Of a stretch of 64,000 bases of DNA, positions 40,218 to 52,348 are shown piece after piece. The DNA lies in NCBI RefSeq assembly GCF_001194135.2, contig NC_069003.1, positions 20,340,038 to 20,404,037 of the forward strand. Direction: 5' to 3'. The notes under the pieces are model-generated. The model had not been told where the DNA came from. It made no database searches and saw only the letters and a list, made by a program, of their open reading frames with translations. The stretch's first letter is position 1. Every line of letters begins with the position of its first letter. This stretch comes from Octopus bimaculoides. Lineage: Eukaryota. Both the position numbers and the translations under genes were made by a program.

Positions 40218-40595
40218 AGGCACAATGGCCCAGTGGTTAGGGCAGCGGACTTGCGGTCATAGGATCACGGTTTCGATTCCCAGACCGGGCGTTGTGAGTG
40301 TTTATTGAGCAAAAACACCTAAAGCTCCATGAGGCTCCGGCAGGGGATGGTGGCAAACCCTGCTGTACTCTTTCACCATAACTTTCTCTCACCCTTACTT
40401 CCTGTTTCTGTTGTACCTGTAATTCAAAGGGTCAGCCTTGTCACACTCTGTGTCATGTTGAATATCCCTCAGAACTACGTTAAGGGTACACGTGTCTGTG
40501 GAGTGCTCAGCCACTTGCAAGTTAATTTCACGAGCAGGCTGTTCTGTTGATTGGATCAACTGGAACCCTTGACGTTGTAAGCGACAGAGTGCCAA
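40218..40595 (+). mobile_element. tRNA-derived SINE family C
   Basis: ggaggcacaatggcccagtggttagg A box and ggtttcgattcc B box; 3' tail shared with the SINE at 35103-35410. Confidence 0.8.
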
Positions 40596-41001
40596 CACTC
40601 ACAGTCACATATTCATGGATATCTGCGATCAGAACTAATGTATTAATCAGGTGACGCCCCCCTCCCCTCCAATACTACCACCTCTTCTCTCGGTGACCCC
40701 TGAATGCAAGAAATTTTTTGTTGAAATGACACATAAAAACCAGCTTCAACTGGTTTTCTAATAACAACTACATTGATTAAAGCTTTAACCAAATCCTGTG
40801 AACAGTTCTACACCTTTTTTCACTTTCTGATCAAAGCAAAATGCACAAATATAGATTTAAAAAAATGGAAAAGTATTGAATTTTTTTTTGTTTTATTTCT
40901 ATCTCAACAATATTGAAGAATTTTATACTTTTACAAATTTTAAAAGATTTTACTTTTTAACTAAATGTATATACCCAACAGATTGTATGCATGTTTATGA
41001 A

Positions 41002-41041
<40 letters not shown>

Positions 41042-41749
41042 TTTACATGTATATATGTTTATGTATGTATATACATATATATATATGTATGTGTGTATAT
41101 ATATATATATGTATGTGTGTATATATATATATATGTATGTGTGTATATATATATATATGTATGTGTGTATATATATATATGTATGTGTGTATATATATAT
41201 ATATGTATGTGTGTATATATATATATGTATGTGTGTATATATATATATATGTATGTGTGTATATATATATNNNNNNNNNNNNNNNNNNNNNNNNNNNNNN
41301 NNNNNNNNNNNNNNNNNNNNNNNNNNNNNNNNNNNNNNNNNNNNNNNNNNNNNNNNNNNNNNNNNNNNNNNNNNNNNNNNNNNNNNNNNNNNNNNNNNNN
41401 NNNNNNNNNNNNNNNNNNNNNNNNNNNNNNNNNNNNNNNNNNNNNNNNNNNNNNNNNNNNNNNNNNNNNNNNNNNNNNNNNNNNNNNNNNNNNNNNNNNN
41501 NNNNNNNNNNNNNNNNNNNNNNNNNNNNNNNNNNNNNNNNNNNNNNNNNNNNNNNNNNNNNNNNNNNNNNNNNNNNNNNNNNNNNNNNNNNNNNNNNNNN
41601 NNNNNNNNNNNNNNNNNNNNNNNNNNNNNNNNNNNNNNNNNNNNNNNNNNNNNNNNNNNNNNNNNNNNNNNNNNNNNNNNNNNNNNNNNNNNNNNNNNNN
41701 NNNNNNNNNNNNNNNNNNNNNNNNNNNNNNNNNNNNNNNNNNNNNNNNN

Positions 41750-41796
<47 letters not shown>

Positions 41797-43672
41797 GTAT
41801 GTATATATCTACGCACACATATATGCGTATATGTGTGTGTATATATATAAATACATACATACACACATACTTAACATGTTTTAACCAAAATGTCATTTCT
41901 AATATTAACTCATTATTTTTTCCCTTGTTAGATTCACTGAAGTTGATAAAAGAAAAAAAAAATGCGAGGCACTGTGGCTGTGAGTTTGAATGTGTGAGGT
42001 GGTGGTGGTGGTGGTGGTGAGGTGGAGGTATTGGTGGGGGTGGATGGTTGGTGGTAGTGGTGGGTCTAAGCATTGAATTGTTGACCAGAAAGCTGTGAGT
42101 CCAAAGTTTGATCTAGCGATTAATTGATTTAATTAATTAATTAATTAATTAATTAATTAATTTATTAATAATAGTTGTTCTGCCTCAGAAATGGGGGAAC
42201 ATATTTACTCAGCTTTAATAAAAGATGGAATTTTTAATGATTTTTTTTATTTAATGAATAAATGATAATAAAAGAAAAAGTAACAAATTGTAAATGTGAG
42301 ATTTCAGGAAAGACGACCCCACTCAAACAAACCCTAACCACCTCTCCCCACACAATTCTTCCATCAGATTGTGTTATTAGCTTCAGTGAGCCCAAAAGAA
42401 CAAGCAAAAAATAATGCCTCACTTTTAGTTGCATAATTGATACTAGCAATGACATCTGTCTATAAAATCATAACTATGTTTAACCCCCTAATCCACTCTG
42501 TAGCAGTGAGACAGCCCTTTATAAACTCCCTGCTATTGTCTATTCAAATGAGGGACCACATGTTTTTTTTTGTTTTTTTTTTAAAATTAATTTTTTTTTC
42601 TTTCACATTTAAAACCCTAGAAAGCATGTTCCAGAATTAAATCTGGGATAGTCATGTATGGCTGTTCCCCAATTCCCATTTCATGAGTTTTTCAACCCCA
42701 CCCTGCTTCCTTTAAAAAAAAGAACAAAACATCTGATATATTTCTGTGTCTTATCTGAGTTCCCAGGTCTATCAGTTAACCCTTCAACCATTTTTTTTAT
42801 TGGTCTACCTCTGCCGGGGCTGACTGCATGGGTCTCTACTCAGATGAAAAAGAAAAAAGAAAAAAATCTGGCAAAGGGGTGAATACCACTTGGCATTATT
42901 GACAACAGCATCAGTGCATGCTCTGAAGAATTCCATTCCTGTAACCCTTCAAAATGCCATGATGAAATATAGGGTGTGATATTATGAAGAAAAACCCCCA
43001 AATGTTCTCTAATCTTTTTTTAATTTTCGTTGTTTTGTGTTTGTTTGATATAAACTATTCCAATGAAATAATGTTGGTGTTGTTCATTTCAAAGACTGTT
43101 GTATACTTCTATTATAATAATAATAATAATAATAATAATAATTATTATTATTATTATTATTATTGAGTGAGAGAGCAGTGCATGCCATAAAAGTGACACT
43201 GGGGTACAAATATAAGAAGTCCAATATTGCTCGTCTGATAAAGGTGTACTAGGCACATGCATCACAACCATATGTGTGTGATATGGTGATCTCATATCAA
43301 GATAAACAATGTATGACCTTGCAAGTAGGGCCCAGTTAGAATTTTCATGAGGTCGAGTAGCCCATCCCACTCAAAAGGTCCCTGAATAAGGTTTGTTTGA
43401 GGATGACGAACAAAACACCCATGTTTCCAGAGGTGAATTATTCAAACCCCAAAGAATTCTTCTCAACACATGGCTATGATGTTCCCCCACTACTTCTGCT
43501 CACGATCATCAATGCACATATTGTCAGCCACCAACTGGTTAAGATCAAACAACTGACAAGTAAATCTGTGGTATTGAGCAGAATATTTGCTGTAGCCCAT
43601 CTTTTATACCAAGACAAAACAATGTACATGACAACACCTCCAATCAGTTAAGGTCAAAAGCCATGAGAGTCA

Positions 43673-44000
43673 CTGCCTTCTTTGGAGCAGGTGAGGAGTG
43701 GTGTTTTCACTGCATGGATTATCTCTTTGTCTCTGGTTCAAAGTGATGAATCCAAAACTCATCTTGGGTTATGTAACATTCAAGGAAACCAGCTGGATCT
43801 GCCTCAAGTAATGTCAGATTTTCCCATGTTGTGATCAGACTAGTGTGCATTTGATCAGGTGTTAGAAGACATGGCATCCGACAAGCAGAAACAGTTATCA
43901 TGGCAAGTTCAATGTACAAGTTATTATTAACTCTCTCACGGGATATGCTAATTGCATTGGCTGTTTGATTTATAGTTAATTGTCTGTCATCCATCACCAT
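43673..44000 (-). mobile_element. Mariner transposase fragment (N-terminal/HTH to first catalytic D)
   Basis: DDRQLTINQTANAISISRERV...LLTPDQ...YITQDEFWIHHFEPETK then SPAPKKA; shares a ctgcct junction with the truncated repeat at 43164-43678. Confidence 0.85.
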
Positions 44001-44302
44001 GTGGATCTACATGTATGTTGCATGTGCATGCTTGTGTGTGTACGTGTGCATGTGTGTTTGTGTTTGTATGCATGTGTGTATGTGGTATAAATTGTTTATC
44101 AGTTTTAATTACAGCTACAAAGTATTTCAAAAGATGATGAGATCAGGTTGACATGCATTCAGACTAGTATACATACATGCATACATTCTTGCATACATTC
44201 ATGAATACACATAGACATATATCCATATATACTTGTTTGCATATATACATACATACATATATATGTATATATATTCATACATACATACATACATACATAC
44301 AT

Positions 44303-44875
44303 GTCATCATGACATTGACCAATGAGGCATGATGTTGCTAGGATACTATATAATGAGATCCATTAAAAGGATAACTCTGAGGCCAAAGAAATAAGAATTT
44401 ATAGTATGGTAGAAGCCATAGCCACTCAATAAAAAAAGAGTACTGGTGGAATGTCCCAGTGAAAACCTCAATAAAATATAATCACAATAGACCTGACATA
44501 GTAATTTGGGACAGAGAAGAGAAAATGTGTACAGTTGTAGAAATCAACTTGATGATGATGGCAGCAGATGTTAACAGGAAGTTAAAGATCAGTGAAAAAG
44601 AAAATACCTACTCTGCACTACTGAGGTATTTACAGTTACTCAATCCAAATTACAAGTTCAGGTTTATACCTGTAATTATTAAACTTGAAAAATTAGGCTT
44701 CTCAAAACCAGAAAAGAGAAAGCTGATTTGAAGATTACAGATCCAAGCTGTCACTGGAACTAAAAATCTGTAAAACTTTCCAGAAGTTTATTGTGTAAGT
44801 ATATATGAGAATGTCTAGACATGCAACTATTCGTATGAGAAGACACACATAAAACAAAACACCAACCTACACATA
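44303..44875 (+). mobile_element. RLE-type (R4/Dong-like) LINE 3' fragment embedded in (TACA)n
   Basis: RHDVARILYNEI...YWWNVPVKTSIKYNHNRPDIVIWDREEKMCTVVEI...EKENTY...FIPVII; catacatac repeats on both sides. Confidence 0.82.
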
Positions 44876-44943
44876 ATACATACATACAAAAATACCCTGT
44901 TGATGTTGTTGAAATTCCAATATGTATATTTATATTTGTGTGT

Positions 44944-44976
<33 letters not shown>

Positions 44977-45884
44977 GACACACACACACACACACAGAGG
45001 CAGACAGACAGACAGACAGGAACCATTCTTTCTCTAAAAACCTATTAGGACACATTAGATAAGATAGTGCTAGAAAGATTATGTTTGAAGGAAAATAGAC
45101 AAGATGATCAAGAGTGGAATACACTTGATCAAAGGCCTGCTTGATAAGGTCTGACTTAGGGCTAAAAAATGCAATGGTAATGAGATAATGATGGAGCCTC
45201 TATGTGGTTGCTTGACATGCTAAAAATAACAACAAAATCTACATTATATATTAAGCCGTGATTAAAGAGGAAGATGAATTTAACAGTTTGTGGTATTTGT
45301 CTGTTGTGTGGTGTAACTGGTAGAAGCACTTTGAGGTTAAAATGGATGGGAATGTAATGGCTAGAATGTCTTTGATGGCTTTCTGTTACAGTGCATGTCA
45401 TAGTTAGAACACTTTGATCATAAGTCTTGTTTGAACAGGAATGTCCTGGGGTTAAAGAATAAGAACCTTTATGATTTACATCAATAAAGAATATGAAAGA
45501 AAGGAAGGTTGAGAACCACATGAACAGATAAAGCTTGACTGTGTTCTAAAATAATAAACATATCTGCACATGCATAATGCAAGGTCATCAGCATAGAAGA
45601 GGTGATGCATCAGTCAGTGTACATTATTATTGCAGCAATGAAACAAGTGGATCACGTATTGAAGCTGCAGAAATGTTAAGAAAGAAAATAATTAATAAAC
45701 AGAAAGAGATAGACAACAGCAGAAACTGCAGGTCCAATTATATATATATAATGCAAATACTATGGACATTTTTACTCCTCCCCTCACTTAGCAGTCATTC
45801 TAATAGTTCTTTTATCTTAATAACGGTCAACCACACAGTAATTTCCCTTTGTTTAATGGTTATTTTCATAGAAATTTTCAATGG

Positions 45885-45952
45885 CCAGATAACTGAAGAG
45901 ATGGTGGCGTGGGTTTCCACCCTGACATCGAAAACTCAGAGTTTTATCATGG
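45885..45952 (+). ncRNA. Hammerhead ribozyme-like motif, one nucleotide off consensus
   Basis: CCAGATAA-CTGAAGA-GATG...CATC-GAAAA-CTCAGAG-TT-TTATCATGG; stem II GATG/CATC, stem I GATAA/TTATC, near-palindromic stem III; extra A in the GAAA segment. Confidence 0.55.
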
Positions 45953-46105
45953 CTACTGAATAATTGTCACATATTATTTACAGATAAATTGCTCTATTTA
46001 CATTATATCGAGGTCTCTTTCTTACTTTTGTTGTTTTACCTTATCTATCAAGATACATGTATATATATATATACATGTATATATCTATATATATGTATGT
46101 ATATA

Positions 46106-46516
46106 GTAAACCCAATAATTGAAATAAATTCAAATATCTTAATTTTCGTATAAAAATTATTATTGCTTTGATGGCCCAATAGATAAGAGTGTTTAGAAAT
46201 AATAACAAAATACCCTAGTAGAGGTTTCAAATCTCTGCCAGAAATTACAAGATGTCTTATTAAATATTTTTATCAGCAAAAAGATTGTGTGTGAAGAAGG
46301 GAGTCATAAAACAGCCTTGACATAGTAACCAAATCTCATTCAACTCTTTGTAGTAAGCCCAGTAATTGAAATAAATTTAAATATCTTCATTTTCGCAGTA
46401 GAATTGTTGTTGCTTTGGTGGCCCAGTTGGTAAGGGTGTTTAAAAGTAGTAACAAGACACAAGCAGAGGTTTCTAATCTCTGCCATGAAATACAGGGGGT
46501 CTTATTAAACATTTTC
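46106..46516 (+). repeat. Diverged 247-bp tandem duplication with a tRNA-like motif
   Basis: gtaaacccaataattgaaataaattcaaat at 46106 and gtaagcccagtaattgaaataaatttaaat at 46353. Confidence 0.75.
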
Positions 46517-46989
46517 ATTTTTTATCTCTAGAGATAAAAAAAAAAATGAAAAATTTTAGTAAGACCCCTTAATGCAGGCCTTGGGCAGGATCGAACCCTG
46601 CCCAGGATGTTCAATGTGGCTGTTTGTGTCTCTACCCACGAGACCACCAAGACACCCAGCATTAATGTAGTAAATTAAGAGATATTTAAATCTATCATTG
46701 CTAAAGATAAAAAAAAAACAAAAATTAGTAAGTAGGAATTTAATGCACTGGGAGAGGGTTTCAATCTGTAACTCTTCCAAGGAATTACAAGAGCAGTGGA
46801 GTGCGGGGAGTAAATATTTTATTTAAAAAAATTTCAAATTTTTATAAACACCAAGGATAGTGCTTCTGGAAGGGATTGAACCTTGCTCAGGATCTGTAAT
46901 ACAGCATGTGCAATTACCCACATGGCCACAAATACAACAACACTAAAAGCAGGCAAAAAAGAAGTTATTTAAATTGATTTATATATCAT

Positions 46990-47028
<39 letters not shown>

Positions 47029-47351
47029 GATATATATAGATATTGGGCCTCACCGAGGCGATGACTACTGACCGAGACCTTTGGAAATGTGCTGTGCGTG
47101 AGAAGACCCGGCAAGCCAAGTAAGATCGTTGCCAGTGCCCCTGGACTGGCTCTTGTGCGGGCGGCACATGAGATGCACCATGAGATGCGTCCCGTCCAGC
47201 TGGGGAACACATACGACATTGAAACCGGGAAGCTGGGCCCATGAGCCTGGCTAAACTTTAAAAGGACGCATTTGTGGAGGTGCAATGGCCCAGTGGTTAG
47301 GGCAGTGGACTTGTGGTCGGAGGAGTGCGGTTTTGATTCACCAAAGCAAGC

Positions 47352-47857
47352 TAATGATGTCTGTTTGATGGTCCAGTGCTGGTGTCATCTGGTAAGTCAA
47401 TTACAGTGGATGTATGCATCAAGCAATTGGATGAAATGATGAGTGAATTTACAATTAAACAACTGTGATTGGTCAGTAGAGACAGGCCAATTCTCTTGCA
47501 AAACAATGCTCGACTACATGTTACACAAAGTATGCTACTCAAGTTACAGGAACTGAACTTGGAAGTACTCTGTCATCTACCATATTCACCAGACCTTGCA
47601 CCAAATGACTATCATATTTTCCAGGCATTAGACAACTTTTTACAAGGAAAAAACTTGCAAAAGCAGCCTTTCATGATTTCATTACTTTTTGTTCTCCAGA
47701 ATTCTTCGCTGCTGGCATAAATAAGCTACTGATAAAATGGCAAAACTGTGTTGATAATTTAAGTGCACACCTTGATTAGCTGCATTGTTTTTTGCTGAGA
47801 TAAAGTAAAATAAACTTTCAGTTCAAAATTGGACATTTCATTCTTAATGACCTGATA
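47352..47857 (+). mobile_element. Mariner transposase C-terminal fragment with 3' TIR
   Basis: LLQNNARLH...LCHLPYSPDLAPNDYHIFQALDNFLQGK; ends ...ttcttaatgacctgata followed by TA. Confidence 0.88.
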
Positions 47858-48312
47858 TATACATATATATGCATATTTATGGTTCCAATGTACAAAAAAC
47901 AAAAGACAGAGACAAGTGTGGGAACAACAAACAAGGTATATTAGTTTGAGGCTCAGGAAAAATGGAGAAGTCTTTGATGTTTTGAGCCTATGCTCTTTGA
48001 CAGAAAGGGATAAGGGGAAAAAATGGAGAGAAGGAAACAAAATGGGGAGAGAAAAAAGAATGTGTCAGGATTAATAGCTCCACTTGTTGAAAAGACCAGA
48101 AGGAAGAGGTCAATGGAGGGAGTGATAACAATGACCTGGCTAAACTGGTGTGTGTGTATGGGAAGATGGTGTGTGTGAGTGTATATGTGTGTGTTGGTGA
48201 GTGCATGTGCATGTATATGTGGGCGAGCATAATATTATGTGAGCTTGTATGTATGTGTGCATGTGGGAGTGTGTGAGGCAGTGTATAGTATGTGTGTGAG
48301 GTTATGTGTGTT

Positions 48313-48365
<53 letters not shown>

Positions 48366-48874
48366 ATCTTTTAGATTTTAGCCAATTGACTGTAGACATG
48401 TTAGGGCACTGCCTTGAAATTTTAGTTGAATGTATCGACACACATAGATGTATAGTGTAGGTCATGATAGGGTAGAAAACTTGTGTACTTCCAATGCAGC
48501 ACTCAACACAAACTCCTGGATTCTTCAAATGAAATCTTGAAAAAATTGAAAGTCCACTGATGCAGAAATTCAAAATACATCACTGGCAAAACCAATGTGT
48601 GAGTCTTATGAAGAGTAATGTAAGTCAGAAGACAAAGAATGAGTTTAGAACATCTTTATTGTTAGTTACAATTGTTTTGGTAGCATTCCGTTTCCATCAC
48701 CATTGTATATAATTGATTTCATGTGAAAAGCAATGAAATATTTGTGGTTGATTGTTTTGGAGTGACACCTCATTAGACTGACATCATAATACATGCTCTT
48801 ACATTGCGTAACAAACATGCATTTTATGTTGTTTATTTAGGGAGGAATCAATAAGTACATTTGATAAGAACATT

Positions 48875-49717
48875 TTGTGTGAGGTTCAGTGAATGCAGAG
48901 AGTATTCTACTGAACCTCTTCATTCAGTCCATCTATTTGGCAAAATCTCATCAAAGTAAGCTGTTATTATGATAATGCTAGAAATATAACTCTACACCTT
49001 CAAAGTTCTCTTGAAGCCATTACATGACAGATTGTCACAGTTAAATAGGACCAATTACAGTATTATTGAACAAGAACAATCGAATTAATCCTTTTGATGA
49101 TAAGCCATACCATACTGTAACTCCTGGTAAATTAACATGATGTTCCTTTGTAGTATGGGGATCCTAAGGTCCCCAGTAAGTGAAATTGTGATAGTTAATT
49201 GAGTTATTTAATTTGAATGTAACCATATTACCCAAAACAAAATTTTGTTGGAAAGTATGCATCTTCTACACATCTTGCCAAGTTCCACATGCAAAACTTG
49301 ACTCTTTGGTTTGGATTATCATCACTGAAAGTGTGGACTATTCTTGGAATGTAACTTTTCCCACAACAGACTTTCAAAATGGGATAGAAGTTTGATTTCG
49401 AAGTTCCAAACTCAAGATTCACTTGCCACACAGATTTTCTTGTACTCTGACAATGTTTCTTGTACTCTTAGTACTTTTCCTTGCTTTGTGAGGTTCATTA
49501 AAGTCAGTGACCTTCCAGAACATTCTTAGCTGACATTCTGAATGGTTCCATCTGCTTCAACCATCTGTAATTTGAGAGATGACAAGTCACACAAGTGGAT
49601 CTGTTTCAAACTCCTTCCTAAACTGTCTTTGCATTTTCACTACCTTTTCACTACCTTTTCAAACTTCCATTTTAGAATAAATCTCCGATGTTAAAACTTT
49701 AGTTTGGCTTTCTTCAT
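48875..49717 (-). mobile_element. Degenerate Tc1/mariner-superfamily transposase
   Basis: Manual translation: MKKAK...QRQFRKEFETDP...SYIPRIVHTFSDDNPNQRVKFC...[20 protein letters not shown]...PNRWTE*RGSVEY; many stops. Confidence 0.7.
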
Positions 49718-50064
49718 TATTTTGATTGGGTTAAAGCTAAAAGACAAAAAGAAAATTGAGTCATTAGCTGTTAAATTGTGCATACATTGTTTGGAACCAC
49801 CACCTGCTCCACCTACTCCTCCTGCTCCTCCTGTTCCCCCTGCTCCCCCTCCCCCTCCTGCTCCCATCCNNNNNNNNNNNNNNNNNNNNNNNNNNNNNNN
49901 NNNNNNNNNNNNNNNNNNNNNNNNNNNNNNNNNNNNNNNNNNNNNNNNNNNNNNNNNNNNNNNNNNNNNNNNNNNNNNNNNNNNNNNNNNNNNNNNNNNN
50001 NNNNNNNNNNNNNNNNNNNNNNNNNNNNNNNNNNNNNNNNNNNNNNNNNNNNNNNNNNNNNNNN

Positions 50065-51194
50065 TGAGAGTGTAGCAACTAGAGTAAGAATACCCAGGGC
50101 AAAGTTCAAGGAGCTCCTACCTCTGCTGGCAACTAAAGGCCCCTCACTCAGGGTGAAAGGTAGACTGTATGATGCATGTGTGCAAACAGCCATGCTACAT
50201 GGCAGTGAAACATGGGCCATGAAAGCTGAGGACAAGCATAGGCTGGAAAGAAATGAAGCTAGTATGATTCGCTAGATGTGTAATGTCAGTGTGCATACAC
50301 GACAGAGTGTAAGCGCCCCGAGAGAAAAGTTGAGCATAAGAAGCATCAAATGTGGTGTGCAAGAGAGACGACTGAGCTGGTATGGTCATGTATTACCTAT
50401 AGATGAGGACAGCTGTGTGAGAAAGTGCCACTCCCTAATTGTAGAAGGAAACTGGAAGAGGTGGACCCAGGAAGACATGGGATGAGGTGGTGAAGCATGA
50501 CCTTTGAACATGGGCCTCACAGAGGCAATGACAGGAGACTGGGACCTTTGGAGATATGCTGTGATTGAGAAGACCTGACAACTAAAGTGAGATCGCATCT
50601 ACGCACGTCCAGCCCTGTTAAGAATATTCCTGATGCGTTGAATGATATGATATACTTGAGAAGACCTGTTGAGTCAAGTGAAACCAATATCGTAGCTGGG
50701 GTCGGTGCCCCTTGGCTGGCTCCCATGCTGATGGCACATAAAAAGTACCATCCGAACGTGGTTGATGCCAGGTCCGCTTGACTGGCTCCTGTACTGGTGG
50801 CACATAAAAAGCACCATCCAAACATGTTTGTTGCCAGGCCTGCCTTACTGGCTCTGGTGCTGGTGGCAAGTAAAAAGCACCAACCGATCGTGACTGACGC
50901 CAGTAGCCCCTGACTGGCTCCTGTGACGGTGGCACATAAAAAGCACTGTCAGAATGTGATCATTGCCAGGCCTGCCTTACTGGCTCCTGTGCCGGTGGAT
51001 CATAAAAAGCACTTACTATACTCTTGGAGTGGTTGACATTAAGAAGGGCATCCAGTTGTAGAAACTCTGCCAGACCAGATTGGAGCCTGGTGCAGCTGCT
51101 GGCCCTCCAGACCTCAGAAAACCATCCAACCCATGCCAGCATGGAAAACGGACGTTAATCGATGATGGAGATGATGATGATGATGATGATGATG
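50065..51194 (+). mobile_element. RTE LINE 3' fragment
   Basis: ESVATRVRIPRAKFKELLPLL...MLHGSETWA, 3' UTR and (GAT)n tail. Confidence 0.9.
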
Positions 51195-51434
51195 AAACAA
51201 GTGACTTCAAAGTTTTGGCCTGCTAAGCCATCATTGGAAACTTTGAAGTCATTGTCAACAACATTCATGTTTAAGAATAATAAATTTTTAGTCTACAAAA
51301 GTATAGCATAATCCATCAGATTAATGTAATATTGGTTTTATAATAATTGAACATAAAAACAAATATCATATATATACATATNNNNNNNNNNNNNNNNNNN
51401 NNNNNNNNNNNNNNNNNNNNNNNNNNNNNNNNNN

Positions 51435-51475
<41 letters not shown>

Positions 51476-51585
51476 AATTGTAATCATACAAGAATGAGGG
51501 GTAAAAAAAGACTTTGTACCTAATTTTCAGCACAAGTTCATTTAATTAAATCACATCTCTCAATCTTTTCCCTTTTTTTATCTAG

Positions 51586-51687
51586 ATATTTAAATATACA
51601 TTTGTTAGATTTATTATCAGAGAAATCAGTAGAGATAAGAAAACCTTTGACTCTCGTGAAGAGCTGTTATCTTTTTGCTTCTTTTTG
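51586..51687 (+). CDS. Candidate exon of an unidentified second gene (102 nt)
   Basis: Long pyrimidine tract tcttttccctttttttatctag| and donor TTG|gtgagg; two frames open (IFKYTFVRFIIREISRDKKTFDSREELLSFCFFL or YLNIHLLDLLSEKSVEIRKPLTLVKSCYLFASF); no homology recognised. Confidence 0.35.
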
Positions 51688-52348
51688 GTGAGGAATAAGG
51701 ATAATTGTGGTGGTGATGATGGTGATGGTGTTGGTAGTGATAGTGGTGATCGTGTATGTGTGTGTGTGCGTGTGTGGACCAATCAGATATTTAATGAGAT
51801 AAATGATTTTTTTCACTTAATCTGTGTCCATTTGTGAGTTTATTAACTATCTCAGTGTGTCAACGTGTCTGGCTGTCTATGTGTCTATGTGTATTTGTTT
51901 ATGTAGCAAAGTCTTTCTCTCCCTCTTTCTCCTCTTTTATCTTCTCTGTCACATTATTTTCTTTATCAAACATCAGTTTATCATTCTGCCCATCTGCCTG
52001 CCTGCCTGCCTGCCTGTCTATTTGTCTGTCTGTTTGTCTGCTGGTTTTTATGTATGTCTCCCTGTTTGCTTGTCTCATCAATCTCTTTCACTTGTTTCAC
52101 TCATTAGACTGTGGCCATGCTGGGGCACTGTCTTGAACTTTTAGTTGAATGAATCAACCCCAGTACTTATTTATTTTTCAAACCTGGTATTCATTCTATT
52201 GGTCTCTTTTGCTGAACCTCTAAATTACAGGGTCATAAACACACCAACACTGGTGATTGGGGGACAAATACAGACATAAAGACACACACATACACATTTA
52301 CACACACACATTTACACACACACATACACATATGACAGGCTTCTTTCA

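Noticed and set aside
49790-49869. Proline-rich ORF (PPAPPTPPAPP)
   Set aside because: Degenerate (CCT) microsatellite abutting a gap, directly upstream of a transposase remnant on the other strand
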